Translations under genes and position numbers: made by a program | The notes under the pieces: model-generated | The model's input: the letters and a program-made list of their open reading frames with translations, nothing else | What the model was told of the DNA's origin: nothing | Database searches by the model: none | Part shown: positions 62,259-64,000 of the stretch, piece by piece | Layout: each line of letters starts with the position of its first letter | Position numbering within the stretch: the first letter of the stretch is position 1 | Assembly: GCA_052168235.1 (NCBI GenBank) | Contig: JBQLZK010000002.1 | Coordinates: forward strand, 224,001-288,000 | Reading direction: 5' to 3' | Length of the DNA stretch: 64,000 bases | DNA from: Thainema sp. | GTDB lineage: Bacteria; Cyanobacteriota; Cyanobacteriia; Phormidesmidales; Phormidesmidaceae

Positions 62259-64000
62259 ATGACATTGCCCAACCTACGGCAATTTATTGAACCCGTTCCA
62301 AGCTGCTATCGGCATGACTGTTTGGAGCAGGTTTTTCAATGGCTGCAATCCGACGGAGTGCAAAACTCCGCCTTTAATACGGTTGTCATTCTAGATGCTG
62401 ATCATTACCCGATTGGCACCATCCGCCCCCTGTCCTTGGTCACATGGCTGATCAATCACCTGCCGTCGTTCAGCGATTGGCATATTACTCTTGAGCAGTT
62501 TATCGCCACTCAGGCTCAACCAAACTTGATTCAGCCAGTTACGGTGGTTTCGGTGGCCTTACCGATTAGCCAACTGCCGATTCACGACCTGCCGCCTGAT
62601 ACGGCCCATTTGGCCGTGGTGGATCAGAATGATCACTATTTGGGGCTGGTAAATCTCACGCGGTTGATCCAATCAACCCGCGCTGAACTCAATCAGCCGT
62701 CCTGGTTGCCGCCCAAGCGTTCGTCTGGACAAGTCAAAGCACGGCAGGCTTCGCAGCCGCTACCGATTGGCTATGAGTCAATCTCGTTACAAACTGAGGC
62801 GCTCGAAGCCCTCAGCGACCACGAGCCGTGGGTACAGATCTTTGACCGTGTCCCCATTCCGCTCATGCTGCAAACTGAGCATGGGCAGGTACTCAAGCGG
62901 AATCGAGTTTGGCGATCGCAAGTTGGCGATGTCACCTATGCGGCAGCAATTCATCCAGAGGCCATTCCGTCGCCCCAGTTTTCTAACTCACCCGAGCATC
63001 GTCCCTCAACGCGATCTGATCAGCGAGCGGACGATTCATCCGGCATCCACTTATCCCAACCTGTCCAGCCGTCATCGACCGCTAAACCAACTCGTTCTAC
63101 ATCGATGCCGGAGCCGGAGCGGACATTTCTGACCACTAGCAGTACCACTAGCAGCACGACTAGCATGACCGCAGGGTCTGCTACTGCCCGCCAGATCCCT
63201 GACGGCTTGCCCGTGGGCTATTGCCAGTTGGAAGCCGAAACTAATACTCACCTGTGCGCCTGCCTTAATCAAGATGGCGAGGTGCATGTTTGGCGATTCG
63301 TGCGGATCGATTTGGGCTTTTCGGCGCAGCAGCTCCTGACAGTAGCGGATCAGATGCCGCTGATATCAGCTGCTTTGGCGTCCTCTACTGTGTTGCCTCC
63401 CCCCTTAGCTACTCAAATCGGCGATTCCCAGGTGCAACAGCACCATCAGATCGTAAATGAGACAGAATTGCTGCCGCTTTCGAACGCACTTCTATCGGAG
63501 CGGGTCTGGCTCGTGGTGGCGCAGGATACGACGACTCAGCGGCAGTTGAGCCAAGAACTTGCGGCCAAGAATGCTGATTTGGTACAGCTCAATCGGTTTA
63601 AGGACGAGTTTTTGGCCTGCATTAGCCATGAGCTGAAAACGCCGTTGACGGCTGTGCTGGGTCTGTCGCATCTGTTGAAGAATCAGGCTTTGGGGCAGTT
63701 GAACCAGCGACAGGCTCGCTATACCCATTTGATTCATGAAAGCAGTCGTCATCTGATGGCGATTGTGAATGACATTCTCGATTTGACGCGGATTGAGACA
63801 GGACAGCTTGACTTAAATTTTGTGCCGATTACGCTGCGAACGGTTTGTGACAAGGCAATTCGGCAAGCTTACAGTATGGTGCAGCTTGTCGCTCCCCAAA
63901 GTTCAACATCGGCATCCTCCGCGCCTCCTGTGGGCCAATCTGATCCAGCGGCTGCTACGTCCTTAGAGGCAGAAACCGGCAGTGCGCGATCGCAACAGAT
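62259..64000 (+). CDS. Sensor histidine kinase with CBS-like and PAS-like N-terminal region (3'-truncated; absent from ORF track)
   Basis: ATG 62259 MTLPNLRQFIEPVP...AVVDQNDHYLGLV; in frame with FKDEFLACISHELKTPL (HisKA) near 63600. Confidence 0.85.
   Translation, partial: MTLPNLRQFIEPVPSCYRHDCLEQVFQWLQSDGVQNSAFNTVVILDADHYPIGTIRPLSLVTWLINHLPSFSDWHITLEQFIATQAQPNLIQPVTVVSVALPISQLPIHDLPPDTAHLAVVDQNDHYLGLVNLTRLIQSTRAELNQPSWLPPKRSSGQVKARQASQPLPIGYESISLQTEALEALSDHEPWVQIFDRVPIPLMLQTEHGQVLKRNRVWRSQVGDVTYAAAIHPEAIPSPQFSNSPEHRPSTRSDQRADDSSGIHLSQPVQPSSTAKPTRSTSMPEPERTFLTTSSTTSSTTSMTAGSATARQIPDGLPVGYCQLEAETNTHLCACLNQDGEVHVWRFVRIDLGFSAQQLLTVADQMPLISAALASSTVLPPPLATQIGDSQVQQHHQIVNETELLPLSNALLSERVWLVVAQDTTTQRQLSQELAAKNADLVQLNRFKDEFLACISHELKTPLTAVLGLSHLLKNQALGQLNQRQARYTHLIHESSRHLMAIVNDILDLTRIETGQLDLNFVPITLRTVCDKAIRQAYSMVQLVAPQSSTSASSAPPVGQSDPAAATSLEAETGSARSQQ

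Larger units (their letters stand above)
1576..63993. repeat. HIP1 octamer GCGATCGC dispersed through the window
   Basis: Dozens of copies in coding and intergenic DNA; none seen in the AT-rich 41030-43100 block. Confidence 0.95.

Noticed and set aside
62767..63752. Short ORFs listed near the window end
   Set aside because: Alternative-frame or antisense shadows of the histidine kinase that runs off the window
1..64000. tRNA, rRNA, integrase or complete IS element
   Set aside because: No cloverleaf, rRNA, tyrosine/serine recombinase or DDE transposase signatures were recognised by eye; a tRNAscan/Infernal run would be needed to exclude RNA genes

Overview
Cyanobacterial chromosome segment: abundant HIP1 GCGATCGC octamers, kaiABC and a PEP-CTERM protein. 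Core genes: 3' part of tuf, rpsJ, pheA, rne-rnhB, map, aroB, sodB, an amino-acid ABC transporter (natFGH plus ATPase), a MacAB-like exporter, glucosylglycerate genes and kaiABC. A divergent CBS/PAS-like histidine kinase is cut by the window end. The most unusual region is a ~4.9 kb island (30685-35626) bounded by GCGATCGCGCT direct repeats and by a duplicated glnT 5' end. It holds a split Type IIG/ISP-like restriction-modification enzyme whose specificity subunit carries an in-frame REP-associated tyrosine transposase (RAYT/Y1 HUH) domain. Four copies of a 20-bp palindrome are translated as part of that protein, and a fifth copy lies in the gap between the two RM ORFs. A VapBC-type toxin-antitoxin pair follows, flanked by duplicated copies of the RM split junction. 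Other notable items: a helically phased DnaA-box cluster with no dnaA/dnaN nearby (25160-25573), an AT-rich GAF-GAF plus membrane-protein pair with a T9 frameshift, a CYP152 peroxygenase and several dispersed palindrome families. No rRNA, tRNA or CRISPR array was seen. All calls are by eye, with no database searches.
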